A stretch of DNA of 63,876 nt, filler included, from Candidatus Tectimicrobiota bacterium (GTDB lineage Bacteria > JACPSX01): the NCBI GenBank assembly GCA_016193065.1. It is 10 parts of 10 records of this genome, joined end to end, with 100 filler letters (N's around TTAATTAATTAA, not from the genome) between each part and the next. Parts side by side here need not be neighbours in the genome. Positions count along the whole stretch, not along the records: positions 43,640 to 47,421 come from JACPSX010000191.1; positions 47,522 to 51,940 come from JACPSX010000197.1; positions 52,041 to 60,402 come from JACPSX010000021.1; 7 more parts are not named here. One strand, 5' to 3'. The notes below the pieces were generated by a model, which was not told the origin of the DNA, searched no databases, and saw only the letters and a program-made list of their open reading frames with translations. Below, piece after piece: positions 43,640-52,853 of the stretch. Position 1 is the stretch's first letter, and every line of letters begins with the position of its first letter. The translations under genes were made by a program, and so were the position numbers.

Positions 43640-43945
43640 ATCGTCGATCCGGGAATCGGATTTGGCAAGACCGCGACTCACAACGTCGACATCCTGTCTC
43701 GCCTCGGGGAGATGTGCCGCCTGAACCGGCCGATCCTGATTGGTCCATCCCGGAAAGCCTTTTTGCGCAGGATCCTGGAAAAGGAGAGCGGAGAAATTCC
43801 AGGGGCCTCGGCGGCGGCCGTCGCCCTGGGAATTCGAGGCGGCGCCCACGTGGTGCGGGTTCATGACGTAGCCATTATGGTGCAGGCGGCCCGCATCGCC
43901 GATGCCGTGACGGCTGCCGAGGAACGGGGAGATCTCCATGCGTAA
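43640..43945 (+). CDS. folP: Dihydropteroate synthase, 3' fragment
   Basis: DPGIGFGK, GPSRKAF, VRVHDV. Confidence 0.94.
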   Translation: MVDPGIGFGKTATHNVDILSRLGEMCRLNRPILIGPSRKAFLRRILEKESGEIPGASAAAVALGIRGGAHVVRVHDVAIMVQAARIADAVTAAEERGDLHA

Positions 43946-45311
43946 ATACTTCGGCACCGACGGCCTGCGGGGAACGGCGAATCTTTCTCCTATGACCCCG
44001 GAATTGATCTCCCGCCTGGGGGAAGCAGCGGTGCACTTGCTGGCCAACGGAGAGAAGACGCCGCGCCTTCTCATCGGCCGGGACACGCGCCGTTCGGGTG
44101 ACATGATCGAAGCAGCCCTGGCTTCGGGCGCCGCCGCCAGAGGCGCGGAGGTTTTCATTGCCGGCATCATCCCGACCCCCGGGGTTGCCTACTTGACCCG
44201 CCACCTGCAGGTCGACCTGGGAGCCGTCATCTCTGCCTCTCACAACATTTTTTCCGACAACGGCGTGAAGCTGTTTTCCCATTCCGGCTTCAAATTCCCC
44301 GATGCCTGGGAAGAGAACCTGGAGGAACTCCTCGAGAACGGCGAGCTCCTGCCGCGCCCAACCGGCCCGCAGATCGGCACGATCAGGCCACTGGAGGACG
44401 CGGAGACCCCCTACCTCAACCATTTAAAGGACACCTTTGGGGCGGGCCGCACGCTCAAAGGGTTGAAGATTTGCCTGGACGCTGCCCACGGGGCCGTGGG
44501 TCGGGTCGCCCCCCGCCTTTTCGAGGAGCTTGGGGCCCAGGTGAGTCTTTGCAATGCCAGTCCGGACGGGACCAACATCAATGACCACTGCGGCTCCCTG
44601 TTCCCCGATTTCATTCAATCCCGTGTGCTTATCGAGGGAGCGGATCTCGGTTTCACCTTTGACGGGGATGGCGATCGGGTGATTACCGTGGACCACCAGG
44701 GGGAAATCTGGGACGGGGACTGCCTGCTGGCGTTATGCGCCCGGTTCCTGGCCGAGCGCGGGGAACTGCCGGGGAAAAAAGTCGTCGCCACAGTGATGAG
44801 CAACATGGGATTTGAGGTCTACCTGCAGAGCCTGGGAATCGAACTCCTGAGGACTCAGGTGGGAGACCGCTACGTTCTGGAGGAAATGCAGAGGACCGGT
44901 GCACTCCTCGGAGGGGAACAGTCGGGCCACATGATTTTCCTCAACCACACCACAACCGGTGACGGATTGGTTACCGCCCTGCAGCTTCTCAAAGTCCTGG
45001 CGGAGACCGGACGCTCCCTCACCGACCTCCGGATCCCCATGGAACGCTACCCGCAGGTTCTCGTCAACGTCCCCACCTCCAGGGGCCGGGACCCGGAACA
45101 AATCCCTTCCTTGCAAAAGGCCATTCAGTGGGCGCGGCACACTCTGGGAAAGCAGGGGCGCGTCCTGGTGCGACCTTCCGGGACTGAGCCTATGATCCGC
45201 ATCATGGTAGAGGGGCAAGAGCAGGATCTGATCAATCGTCTGGCTCAAGAACTGGCCCAGTGCGTCCGCGACACCCAGAGTCCGGAAGACCTGGAGAAAG
45301 AAGCATCATGA
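43938..45311 (+). CDS. glmM: Phosphoglucosamine mutase
   Basis: YFGTDGLRG, ISASHN, DGDGDR, GGEQSGH, RPSGTEP. Confidence 0.96.
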   Translation: MRKYFGTDGLRGTANLSPMTPELISRLGEAAVHLLANGEKTPRLLIGRDTRRSGDMIEAALASGAAARGAEVFIAGIIPTPGVAYLTRHLQVDLGAVISASHNIFSDNGVKLFSHSGFKFPDAWEENLEELLENGELLPRPTGPQIGTIRPLEDAETPYLNHLKDTFGAGRTLKGLKICLDAAHGAVGRVAPRLFEELGAQVSLCNASPDGTNINDHCGSLFPDFIQSRVLIEGADLGFTFDGDGDRVITVDHQGEIWDGDCLLALCARFLAERGELPGKKVVATVMSNMGFEVYLQSLGIELLRTQVGDRYVLEEMQRTGALLGGEQSGHMIFLNHTTTGDGLVTALQLLKVLAETGRSLTDLRIPMERYPQVLVNVPTSRGRDPEQIPSLQKAIQWARHTLGKQGRVLVRPSGTEPMIRIMVEGQEQDLINRLAQELAQCVRDTQSPEDLEKEAS

Positions 45312-46900
45312 GGGCCGTCACGGCTGCCGAAATCCGCCGGATTGATCAGGAGGCAACCCGCCTCTTCGGGATCCCCAGCCTCCTGCTCATGGAGAATGCC
45401 GGCTTGCAGACCGTGCGGATCATGGAGAGTACGTTTCCAGACCTGGCGCGTCTCAAGGTGGTTGTCGTGTGCGGCCATGGGAACAATGGAGGGGACGGCT
45501 TCGTGGTGGCGCGGCACTTGAAAAACCGGAGAGGATCTGTGTCCGTCGTCCTGCTTGCCAAGAAGGATCATCCTCAAGGGGATGCCCGGACGAACCTCAC
45601 GATCCTGGAGCGCATGGGAATCCCCATCTGGGAGTGCCCGACCTCGGTCGAATTCCGCAAACTGGCCGCGCTCTTCCAGGAAACGGAACTCATCGTGGAT
45701 GCCATTCTGGGGACTGGAATTTCCTCCCCTGTCTCCGGACTCCACCAGGAGGTGATCTCCTTTCTCTCCGGTTTAGGTAAGCCCATCGTGGCTGTGGACA
45801 TCCCCTCGGGCCTCAGCTCTGATCACGGGCACATCGAAGGAGCCGCCATGAAGGCCGATCTCACCGTGACCTTCGGGCTGCCCAAGATCGGCCAGTTCCT
45901 GTTTCCAGGCGCCGGACAGGTGGGGAGACTAGTCGTAGCGGGAATTGGTTATCCCTCCACCCTCACCCAAGGAGAGGAACTGGGAGTCGAACTGGTGGAC
46001 GATTCGGCCATACGACCCCTCCTGCCCCCCAGAGTCTTGTCGAGCCACAAAGGGACATTTGGACACGTTCTCGTTGTGGCGGGAGCCCGGGGCAAAAGCG
46101 GCGCCGGCGCTCTTTGCGCACTTGGAGCACTGCGCAGCGGCGCCGGACTGGTCACCCTGGGGATTCCGGCCAGCTTGCTGGATTCCATGGCGGCCAAGCT
46201 GACCGAGGTGATGACCTTGCCTTTGCCCGAGACCGCCCAGGGCGCTCCGGCCGAAGCTGCCGCAGCGCCGGTGCTGGAGTTTCTGCAAGGGAAAGAGGTC
46301 CTGGTTCTGGGCCCGGGCATCGGCACTTCCCAGGACACCGCACGCTTGATCACCGCCCTCATTGAACATTCCCCGGCCCCGATTGTAATTGACGCCGACG
46401 GACTGAATTGCATCGCCGAAAACCCCGGGATTCTCCGGCACGCCAAGGTCCCGATCGTAATCACTCCACACCCGGGAGAGATGTCCCGGCTGACCGGGAA
46501 GAGCACTGCGGAGGTGCAATCGCGCCGTCTGGAGACGGCCCGTGAGTTTGCCCAGGCATACGGCGTCACCATTGTTCTGAAGGGAGCCCACACGATCACC
46601 GGAGAGCCTTCCGGAGCACTGTCCATCAATCTCTCCGGAAATCCGGGCATGGCCACAGGGGGCAGCGGGGACGTGCTGACCGGAATGATCGGAGGCCTCC
46701 TGGCCCAGGGGTTAAGCCCGCAAGATGCAGCGCGGGCCGGGGTCTATCTCCACGGCCTGTCAGGAGACCTAACCGGCCAAGCCCGCGGACAAATCGGGAT
46801 GATTGCGGGTGATCTCCTGGACGAACTCCCCCGGGCCATCCGCCTGCTCATGGAAGGGCCCTTCCCGGAAACACTGCGCCGTGTCTCGTACTATCCATAG
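45308..46900 (+). CDS. nnr: Bifunctional NAD(P)H-hydrate epimerase/dehydratase
   Basis: GHGNNGGDG, VDIPSG, HKGTFG, DADGLN, TPHPGE, GGSGDVL. Confidence 0.95.
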   Translation: MRAVTAAEIRRIDQEATRLFGIPSLLLMENAGLQTVRIMESTFPDLARLKVVVVCGHGNNGGDGFVVARHLKNRRGSVSVVLLAKKDHPQGDARTNLTILERMGIPIWECPTSVEFRKLAALFQETELIVDAILGTGISSPVSGLHQEVISFLSGLGKPIVAVDIPSGLSSDHGHIEGAAMKADLTVTFGLPKIGQFLFPGAGQVGRLVVAGIGYPSTLTQGEELGVELVDDSAIRPLLPPRVLSSHKGTFGHVLVVAGARGKSGAGALCALGALRSGAGLVTLGIPASLLDSMAAKLTEVMTLPLPETAQGAPAEAAAAPVLEFLQGKEVLVLGPGIGTSQDTARLITALIEHSPAPIVIDADGLNCIAENPGILRHAKVPIVITPHPGEMSRLTGKSTAEVQSRRLETAREFAQAYGVTIVLKGAHTITGEPSGALSINLSGNPGMATGGSGDVLTGMIGGLLAQGLSPQDAARAGVYLHGLSGDLTGQARGQIGMIAGDLLDELPRAIRLLMEGPFPETLRRVSYYP

Positions 46901-47351
46901 CTTGCTTGCCGAGCCTTTCCACCGCTTCGTCTCTCGAGATCCCCAGGAAACCAGAGAGTGGGGACAGCAATTTGCCCGCCATCTGGTCGCCGGGGACGTG
47001 GTCTGCCTGTACGGAGAACTGGGGGCAGGAAAGACCTGCCTCACCCAGGGCATTGTCGCCGGGCTCGGGGTTGGAGCCCGAGTCCCCGTGCGCAGCCCGA
47101 GTTTTACTTTCGTGCGGGAATACCGGGGGAGAGAGCGGATCCTGCACTGGGATCTTTATCGTCTGAGGTCTTCCGAAGAGGTGGAAGAGCTGGGGTGGCG
47201 GGAATCGTTTGACGGCAACGCGATTGTCCTGATCGAATGGGCCGATCGGGTGTCCTCTCTTCTCCCCCAGCGGCGCTGGGACATTACCCTGACGATGATT
47301 TCGGAAAACATCCGGCACCTGGAAGCCCGGCGCTTCCAGGCCGCTCCCTGA
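46881..47351 (+). CDS. tsaE: tRNA t6A biosynthesis ATPase
   Basis: GELGAGKT, SPSFT, HWDLYRL, IEWA; start uncertain. Confidence 0.93.
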   Translation: MSRTIHSLLAEPFHRFVSRDPQETREWGQQFARHLVAGDVVCLYGELGAGKTCLTQGIVAGLGVGARVPVRSPSFTFVREYRGRERILHWDLYRLRSSEEVEELGWRESFDGNAIVLIEWADRVSSLLPQRRWDITLTMISENIRHLEARRFQAAP

Positions 47352-47521
47352 GGTCCAGATCCTTACCAACCCCCAGTTTCTGCGAATCTCTTCAAGGGGA
47401 CTGCCTCCCGCCCTTCGCTTCNNNNNNNNNNNNNNNNNNNNNNNNNNNNNNNNNNNNNNNNNNNNTTAATTAATTAANNNNNNNNNNNNNNNNNNNNNNN
47501 NNNNNNNNNNNNNNNNNNNNN

Positions 47522-47781
47522 GCAAGAAGACGCCCTTCACACTTGACAGGTTTGAAGAATTCTTCCGACTGCTCCCCGATCGCGGCGGCAGCGAGCGCAG
47601 CTGGACAGTGACCCGGCAGGAGATCGAGGCAAAGAACTACGATCTCAAGGCGGTCAACCCGAATGCAAAGAGCAACGCCGACACCCGCACGCCCGAGGAG
47701 CTGTTGGACCTGATCGAGACCAAGAGGCAGGAGGTGGCCGAGGCATTGGCTGTGCTGCGGGGTATGAAGGAACGACCATAA
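47522..47781 (+). CDS. hsdM: C-terminus of type I restriction-modification methyltransferase subunit (not in ORF track)
   Basis: KKTPFTLDRFEEFF...SERSWTVTRQEIEAKNYDLKAVNPN...RTPEELLDLIE, typical HsdM tail; stop at 47779-47781. Confidence 0.7.
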
Positions 47782-47820
47782 TCCCCTGTGACGCCCCCTC
47801 ACCCAGACCCTCTCCCCGTA

Positions 47821-47922
47821 GGGGCATAACCGCTAACTTAAGGTCTCCGGTATCTGCCCCCCTCCAAAAATCCCCCCTGCCCCCCCTTTTTCAAAGGGGG
47901 GTTATGTTAGCGCTTATGCCCC
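47821..47922. mobile_element. 102-bp MITE inserted in a REP
   Basis: 17-bp TIR GGGGCATAA(C/G)CGCTAAC (16/17 match), flanked by GTA direct repeats. Confidence 0.75.
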
Positions 47923-47942
47923 GTAGGGGCGAGGGTGTTGAG

Positions 47943-48770
47943 TCAGGGGATCTCGATGGGGAGGTCGGGGCGGTTGCCCCATTCTCCCCAGGAGCCCAGG
48001 TAGTTGCGCACGCGCGGATAGCCCAAAAGCTTTAGGGCCAGGTAGGTGTTGGCGGAGCGGTAACCTCCGTGGCAATAGACGAGGATCTCTTTATCCGGTG
48101 TGACGTGGTGGGCTTCGTAGAGCTGGCGGAGTTCCGCTGCGTTTTTGATCGTGCCATCCCCATTGAGGTTTCGGGTCCACTCCAGGTGGATGGATCCGGG
48201 AATTGTTCCTCCACGGGCCGAGCGTACTTCGGTGCCACGGTACTCGCTCTCCCGTCGCGTGTCCAGGAGCACGACACCGGGCTGATGGAGCCGGTCAAGG
48301 ATGTCTTGGTAGGTAGCGAGCAGGGATTCCCGAGGATTCGGGTTAAAGGACCCCATCCCGGGAGCCGGGATTTCCTGGCTTACGGGGAATCCCTGAGCCT
48401 TCCAGGCGGCCAGGCCGCCGTCCAGGATTTTTACCTGGGAGTGTCCAAGGTATTCCAGAATCCACAGGCAGCGGGGCGCCCTCATCCCTGAGATCTCGTC
48501 GTAAAAGACCACCGTGTGCTGCGGCTGGAGCCCGAGGCCGCAGAAGATCTCCTCCATTTGCTTCTGGAAACCAAAGATTGCCTGGGGACTCGTATCGTAG
48601 ACGTGATGGGGGAACGGATCGTGGTGCAGTGCACCGGGGATATGTTCGCTCTCGTAGTCTGTCCGGGGCCGCGCGTCGATGATCAGGAGACCGGCATCTT
48701 GCCGGTGCTCGTTTAACCAGTCAGAGGTGACCAGGTAATCCGAATTTATGTACCCTTTTGGGTTCTCCAT
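47943..48770 (-). CDS. Tandem-domain rhodanese/sulfurtransferase
   Basis: HIPGA, ILDGG, GTIPGS, active loop YCHGGYRS, YLGSWGEW. Confidence 0.93.
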   Translation of the reverse strand: MENPKGYINSDYLVTSDWLNEHRQDAGLLIIDARPRTDYESEHIPGALHHDPFPHHVYDTSPQAIFGFQKQMEEIFCGLGLQPQHTVVFYDEISGMRAPRCLWILEYLGHSQVKILDGGLAAWKAQGFPVSQEIPAPGMGSFNPNPRESLLATYQDILDRLHQPGVVLLDTRRESEYRGTEVRSARGGTIPGSIHLEWTRNLNGDGTIKNAAELRQLYEAHHVTPDKEILVYCHGGYRSANTYLALKLLGYPRVRNYLGSWGEWGNRPDLPIEIP

Positions 48771-48818
48771 CTTTCCTCCCGGAATGAGTCCACCCGGATC
48801 GGTTCGGGGAGGGGGCAC

Positions 48819-49172
48819 TCATTCTTTTTGCTCCCAGGCTTCCCGGCACTCCCGGCAGGGGCACAGCTTCCGCAACAGATTGAAGGAGTAGATCCCCGTG
48901 TTATGCCCGTCGCTGAACTGGATCTGAATCGCGTAGCGACCCACTCCGGAGATCTGGCTCATTTCCACCCGGGTGGGGACCTCTTGGGAAATCACCCGGA
49001 GCCCCGTCTCGGACTGCCTGCGTTCCTCGTGGCAGCTCTCGCACGGGCAGACCTTCCTGAGATAATCGCTGGAGTACGTGCTGCGGTGGTCATCCGCCCA
49101 CAGGACGCTGAGTTCCAAAGGGTTGACCCGGCGGATCTCCAGCGGCTGGGGCATTGCAAAGGGGTTGGCCAT
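48819..49172 (-). CDS. DUF971 (GBBH-like N-terminal) protein with two CPCxxC motifs
   Basis: LRKVCPCESC, VGRYAIQIQFSDGHNTGIYS, LCPCREC; start uncertain. Confidence 0.85.
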   Translation of the reverse strand: MANPFAMPQPLEIRRVNPLELSVLWADDHRSTYSSDYLRKVCPCESCHEERRQSETGLRVISQEVPTRVEMSQISGVGRYAIQIQFSDGHNTGIYSFNLLRKLCPCRECREAWEQKE

Positions 49173-49286
49173 AATCAAGTATCCTCCCGGTCCTCGCCGG
49201 ACCTGGCAATGTGGCTTGAGTGTAGCGATGAAAGGAGGCAAAATCAATATTAGAGGAAGGAGGTGTGAGCCTTCCATCTCGTTCCA

Positions 49287-50771
49287 GTGGCGTGGGGCAC
49301 GCGGAGGGAAGTGGTGATCAACCTGCAGCCTTTACAAAACCTGAAGAAGGACCCGTCCCTGGTGGCGGCAGCCCGGGTGGCCCGGGATTTGGGGGCAGGG
49401 CTCTATCTGGTGGGGGGCTGTCTGCGGGATCTTTTGCTGGACCTGAACCCGGCGGAATATGATTTCGCCGTGGCGGGGGATGCAGTTCTCCTGGCGCGCA
49501 TGGTGAGTGAACGGCTCGGGGTGCGGTTTATTCCCCTGGACCCCGGGCGGCAGATTTCCCGGATCGTCGTCCCGGGATCTGTGGGGTTGCAGTTGGATTT
49601 CGCTCCGGTGGCCGGGGGGTATCTGGAAGAGGATCTCCGGCAGCGCGACTTTACAATCAACGCCATCGCGGTGGACTGGATTGCGTGCGCTCTGCGGGAC
49701 GCGAGCCCCGCGCTGATCGATCCTCTCGGCGGAGCTGAGGACTTGAAGAACAGGCGCCTGCGGGCTTCTTCGCCGGCGGTTTTCAAAGAAGACCCTTTGC
49801 GTCTCCTGCGAGCGGCTCGCATTGGGGCCCAGCGCCACCTACATCTGGTTTCGACCACACGTCAGTGGATGCAGGAGCATGCCCACCTGGCCTCCTTACC
49901 GGCCGGAGAGCGGGTCAAGCGGGAGATCTTTGCTCTCCTTTGTGAAGGCACCTCGGGAAGCTGGGTGCGGCTGTTGAGCGAGGTTGGAATCCTGAGGGTC
50001 CTGTGGCCGGAGATCATCCCTCTGGAAGATCTAGCTCAGGGGCCGCCCCACCGGGACCCTGTCTGGGAGCACTCCCTGAAGGTCCTCGAGGCCTGCGAAG
50101 AGCTTTTTCCGAAAGTGAACGTTCTCTTTCCCCAGCACGCCGGAGAGTTGGAAAGCTTCCTGCGGGAGGAAATGGAAGAAGGCATCAACCGGACTTCAAC
50201 ACTTAAGTTCTGCGCGCTCCTACACGACGCAGGCAAGCCGGCGGCGTATATGGAGAGAGGCGGCCGGCCCACCTTCTGGGGGCACGAGGAGAAGGGGTTG
50301 AGCATTCTGGAAGAGATTGGGAACCGTCTCAAGCTCTCGAATCGCACCTTGCGCATGGCGGCACGGGTCGTCCGCCACCACTTGCGACCCCTGCACTTGA
50401 GTTTGCCCATGACCCGTCCAACCCGCAGGGCCATGTACCGGTTTTTCCGGGAGACCGCCGGTGAGGGGGGTTCAGTCTGCCTTCTCGCACTGGCCGACGA
50501 GCACTCCAAGAACCCCGAGACTCCTTTTGGGGATGGCCGTCTCACGGCCACCGTCTCCGGTCTTCTTGATTACTTCCGGAATTTCCGGGGCTGCATCGAG
50601 AACGCCCCCTTCCTTTCGGGCCGGGATCTCATGGCCCATTTCAACCTGGCTCCCGGGCCTCGCCTGGGGGAGATCCTGGAAGCCCTGTGCGAAGCGCAGG
50701 GGGCAGGGGAGGTCAGGGATCGGGAAGATGCCCTTGCCTATGTGCGCCGCCTGTGCGGCGAGAGGCGGTGA
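49287..50771 (+). CDS. Class II tRNA nucleotidyltransferase with HD domain, probably CC-adding
   Basis: LVGGCLRD, RDFTINA, EDPLRLLR, H...LLHDAGK; start uncertain. Confidence 0.85.
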   Translation: MAWGTRREVVINLQPLQNLKKDPSLVAAARVARDLGAGLYLVGGCLRDLLLDLNPAEYDFAVAGDAVLLARMVSERLGVRFIPLDPGRQISRIVVPGSVGLQLDFAPVAGGYLEEDLRQRDFTINAIAVDWIACALRDASPALIDPLGGAEDLKNRRLRASSPAVFKEDPLRLLRAARIGAQRHLHLVSTTRQWMQEHAHLASLPAGERVKREIFALLCEGTSGSWVRLLSEVGILRVLWPEIIPLEDLAQGPPHRDPVWEHSLKVLEACEELFPKVNVLFPQHAGELESFLREEMEEGINRTSTLKFCALLHDAGKPAAYMERGGRPTFWGHEEKGLSILEEIGNRLKLSNRTLRMAARVVRHHLRPLHLSLPMTRPTRRAMYRFFRETAGEGGSVCLLALADEHSKNPETPFGDGRLTATVSGLLDYFRNFRGCIENAPFLSGRDLMAHFNLAPGPRLGEILEALCEAQGAGEVRDREDALAYVRRLCGERR

Positions 50772-50785
50772 AGGGGTCACGGGAA

Positions 50786-50959
50786 GGGACCGGGGTGCCC
50801 CTCGGGGCTCCAGTAAACTTTTGCGCGGAGGGGCGATTTGAGTTCGGGGGTGTTTGGACTGCGGGCCGGTTTTCCATTCGGGTGGGCGGCGCCTGCAAAA
50901 CTTCCTGCCTGTGCGGACACGCAGACAGGTAAGTCGCCCTACGGGGCACACCCGGTCTC
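50786..50959 (+). mobile_element. MITE-like element A copy 2, interrupted by a 26-bp hairpin at 50904-50929
   Basis: Colinear with 22092-22264 apart from the insertion. Confidence 0.8.
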
Positions 50960-51017
50960 TTTCTACAACTGCTTCGGTCGCCTGCGGAGGCTACCCCTTC
51001 GGGCTGAAGGCTATCCT

Positions 51018-51100
51018 GCAGGGGCACCCCTGCGCCTGCCTGTGCGTGCCTGCCTGTGCCGCCACGGCAGACAGGTCCGCACGCAGACAGGTGGGTGCCC
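51018..51100 (+). repeat. Nested REP composite, second copy
   Basis: Same three-layer structure as 10128-10209. Confidence 0.85.
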
Positions 51101-51220
51101 ACTGTTGCCGGTGGCAATTGACAGGGACTGCTCGGACCTGTATATTGCCGTCGATCACGGAAGACATTCAGAGAAGTCAGTTGATCAATCATCCGGTCCT
51201 AATTCTTCAAGGAGAAATGT

Positions 51221-51682
51221 GTGGATCCCCAAAGCGGCGTGGCTCCGATTGTCTGGCTTGTCCTGCTGCGGGTCGCGGTCGGGCTCATCTGGTTGCGCTC
51301 CGGGCTCCTGAAGGTCGTGGGCGGGGAGTATGGGAACTACCGGGAGAAGTTGGAGCGTTTCGCGAGCAAGAATCCCATCCTCTGGTATCGGGAATTCATG
51401 CTGGAGCAACTCCTCCCCCGCAGTCTCCCGGTCGGCTATCTTTTCGTGACCGCAGAAGTGGCCTTGGGGGTCATGCTTACCTTGGGCTTCCTCACGGTGC
51501 CCGCCGCCCTGATCGCAATCTTCATGAACGTTAACTTTCGCCTGGGCTGCGGCTGGCAGAATCCCTCCAACGCTCCTTTCAATTACCTGATGATCGCCTG
51601 TGAGCTCCTGGTGATCTTTTCGGGAGCAGGTAACCACCTTTCCTTGGATGCTCTGTTGTTTTCTGCGCAAGCCGGCGGGTGA
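51221..51682 (+). CDS. DoxX family membrane protein
   Basis: LLRVAVGLIWLRSGLLK, AEVALG, GAGNHLSLD. Confidence 0.85.
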   Translation: MDPQSGVAPIVWLVLLRVAVGLIWLRSGLLKVVGGEYGNYREKLERFASKNPILWYREFMLEQLLPRSLPVGYLFVTAEVALGVMLTLGFLTVPAALIAIFMNVNFRLGCGWQNPSNAPFNYLMIACELLVIFSGAGNHLSLDALLFSAQAGG

Positions 51683-51714
51683 AGTTTTGCTTTAAGTGAT
51701 GGGGAGGGAGAGGC

Positions 51715-51940
51715 CTAAAGCTTCTTGTGCTTCCACCTTCCCTGCCGGAAGAACTTGAGTATGGTGCCCGCCCAGATGCCGTAGCTCAAGGCGATGCCCA
51801 CCCAGACTCCCAGGGACCCGAGGCCTGTCAAACCGGGAAGAAAGAGGGCCAGGGAGATCTGCAGGACGATCAGGGAAGCAAATGACACCATCATGGGAGT
51901 CATCGTATCTCCCGCCCCTGCCATGGCGCGGTCCGAGACC
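51715..51940 (-). CDS. MATE efflux protein, 3' fragment
   Basis: GAGDTMTPM, GVWVGI, FRQGRWK. Confidence 0.8.
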
Positions 51941-52236
51941 NNNNNNNNNNNNNNNNNNNNNNNNNNNNNNNNNNNNNNNNNNNNTTAATTAATTAANNNN
52001 NNNNNNNNNNNNNNNNNNNNNNNNNNNNNNNNNNNNNNNNAGCTCCCCATCTGATGCGGTCCGATTGAAGACCCTCTCTTTCCTAGATCATGTCCACCAA
52101 TCTGGTGCTTAGCAGTCCCAGCGCTCCACGGTCACAGGCCCTCCGGACTACTTGTGGGTTCCGAGGAAAGAGTGCCTTGTTTCCACCGCCGAAAGTTGCT
52201 AGTCTAGTGACAGATTTTTATACGGGAGGGTACGCT

Positions 52237-52476
52237 ATGGTCAAGGTCCATGCACAGCAAGTGGGGCCCGAGAAGGCTCTTGTGGACCGGGAGGAACTTC
52301 AACATCTCATAGATGTGGCCCGGAAGGTTGAAGAGGTCGAACTGATCGAGCTTCAGGACGACTTGCCCACCGAGGGGTTGATGCGGCTAGTCCAGGAGGG
52401 CGGGAGTTTCGAGTTTCTTGAAGACTCACGGGAGGACATCTATACGCTCAGCGATTTGAAGGTCCGCTACCGTTGA
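52237..52476 (+). CDS. Putative antitoxin
   Basis: 79 aa acidic protein with GGSFEFL...EDIY tail, overlapping the toxin start; GGGAGG RBS. Confidence 0.7.
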   Translation: MVKVHAQQVGPEKALVDREELQHLIDVARKVEEVELIELQDDLPTEGLMRLVQEGGSFEFLEDSREDIYTLSDLKVRYR

Positions 52477-52814
52477 AAAGGGGGACGATCGTCCTCACCC
52501 CTTTTCCGTTCACAGACTTGGCGGGTACGAAAATCCGACCTGCCATCGTGGTTTCCCGGACCGACCGACCAGGGGACGATGTAATCTTAGCTTTCATCAC
52601 GTCCGTACCATCTTCAAGACTTCTTCCCACGGACCTCTCTCTGGAACCTTCCCACCCGGACTTTCGAGCCACTGGTCTGAAGGTGCGCTCCGTCATCAAG
52701 TGCGATAAGCTCGCGACCGTTCAGCGGCGGATCCTCCTGGGTGAGCTTGGAGCCCTCTCTCCACCCCTCATACGGGATTTGGATCAACGGCTGAGGCACG
52801 CCTTGAAGTTATAG
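52473..52814 (+). CDS. PemK/MazF family toxin
   Basis: RGTIVLTPFPFTD, KIRPAIVVS, ITS, TGLK.RSVI. Confidence 0.9.
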   Translation: MKRGTIVLTPFPFTDLAGTKIRPAIVVSRTDRPGDDVILAFITSVPSSRLLPTDLSLEPSHPDFRATGLKVRSVIKCDKLATVQRRILLGELGALSPPLIRDLDQRLRHALKL

Positions 52815-52853
52815 CTAAGCCGCGGTGGAACTGTCAAAACCGGTGAAAGCCTG

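Noticed and set aside
50687-51311. Several ORFs over the intergenic repeats
   Set aside because: They translate repeat DNA, and the same peptides recur at other repeat copies
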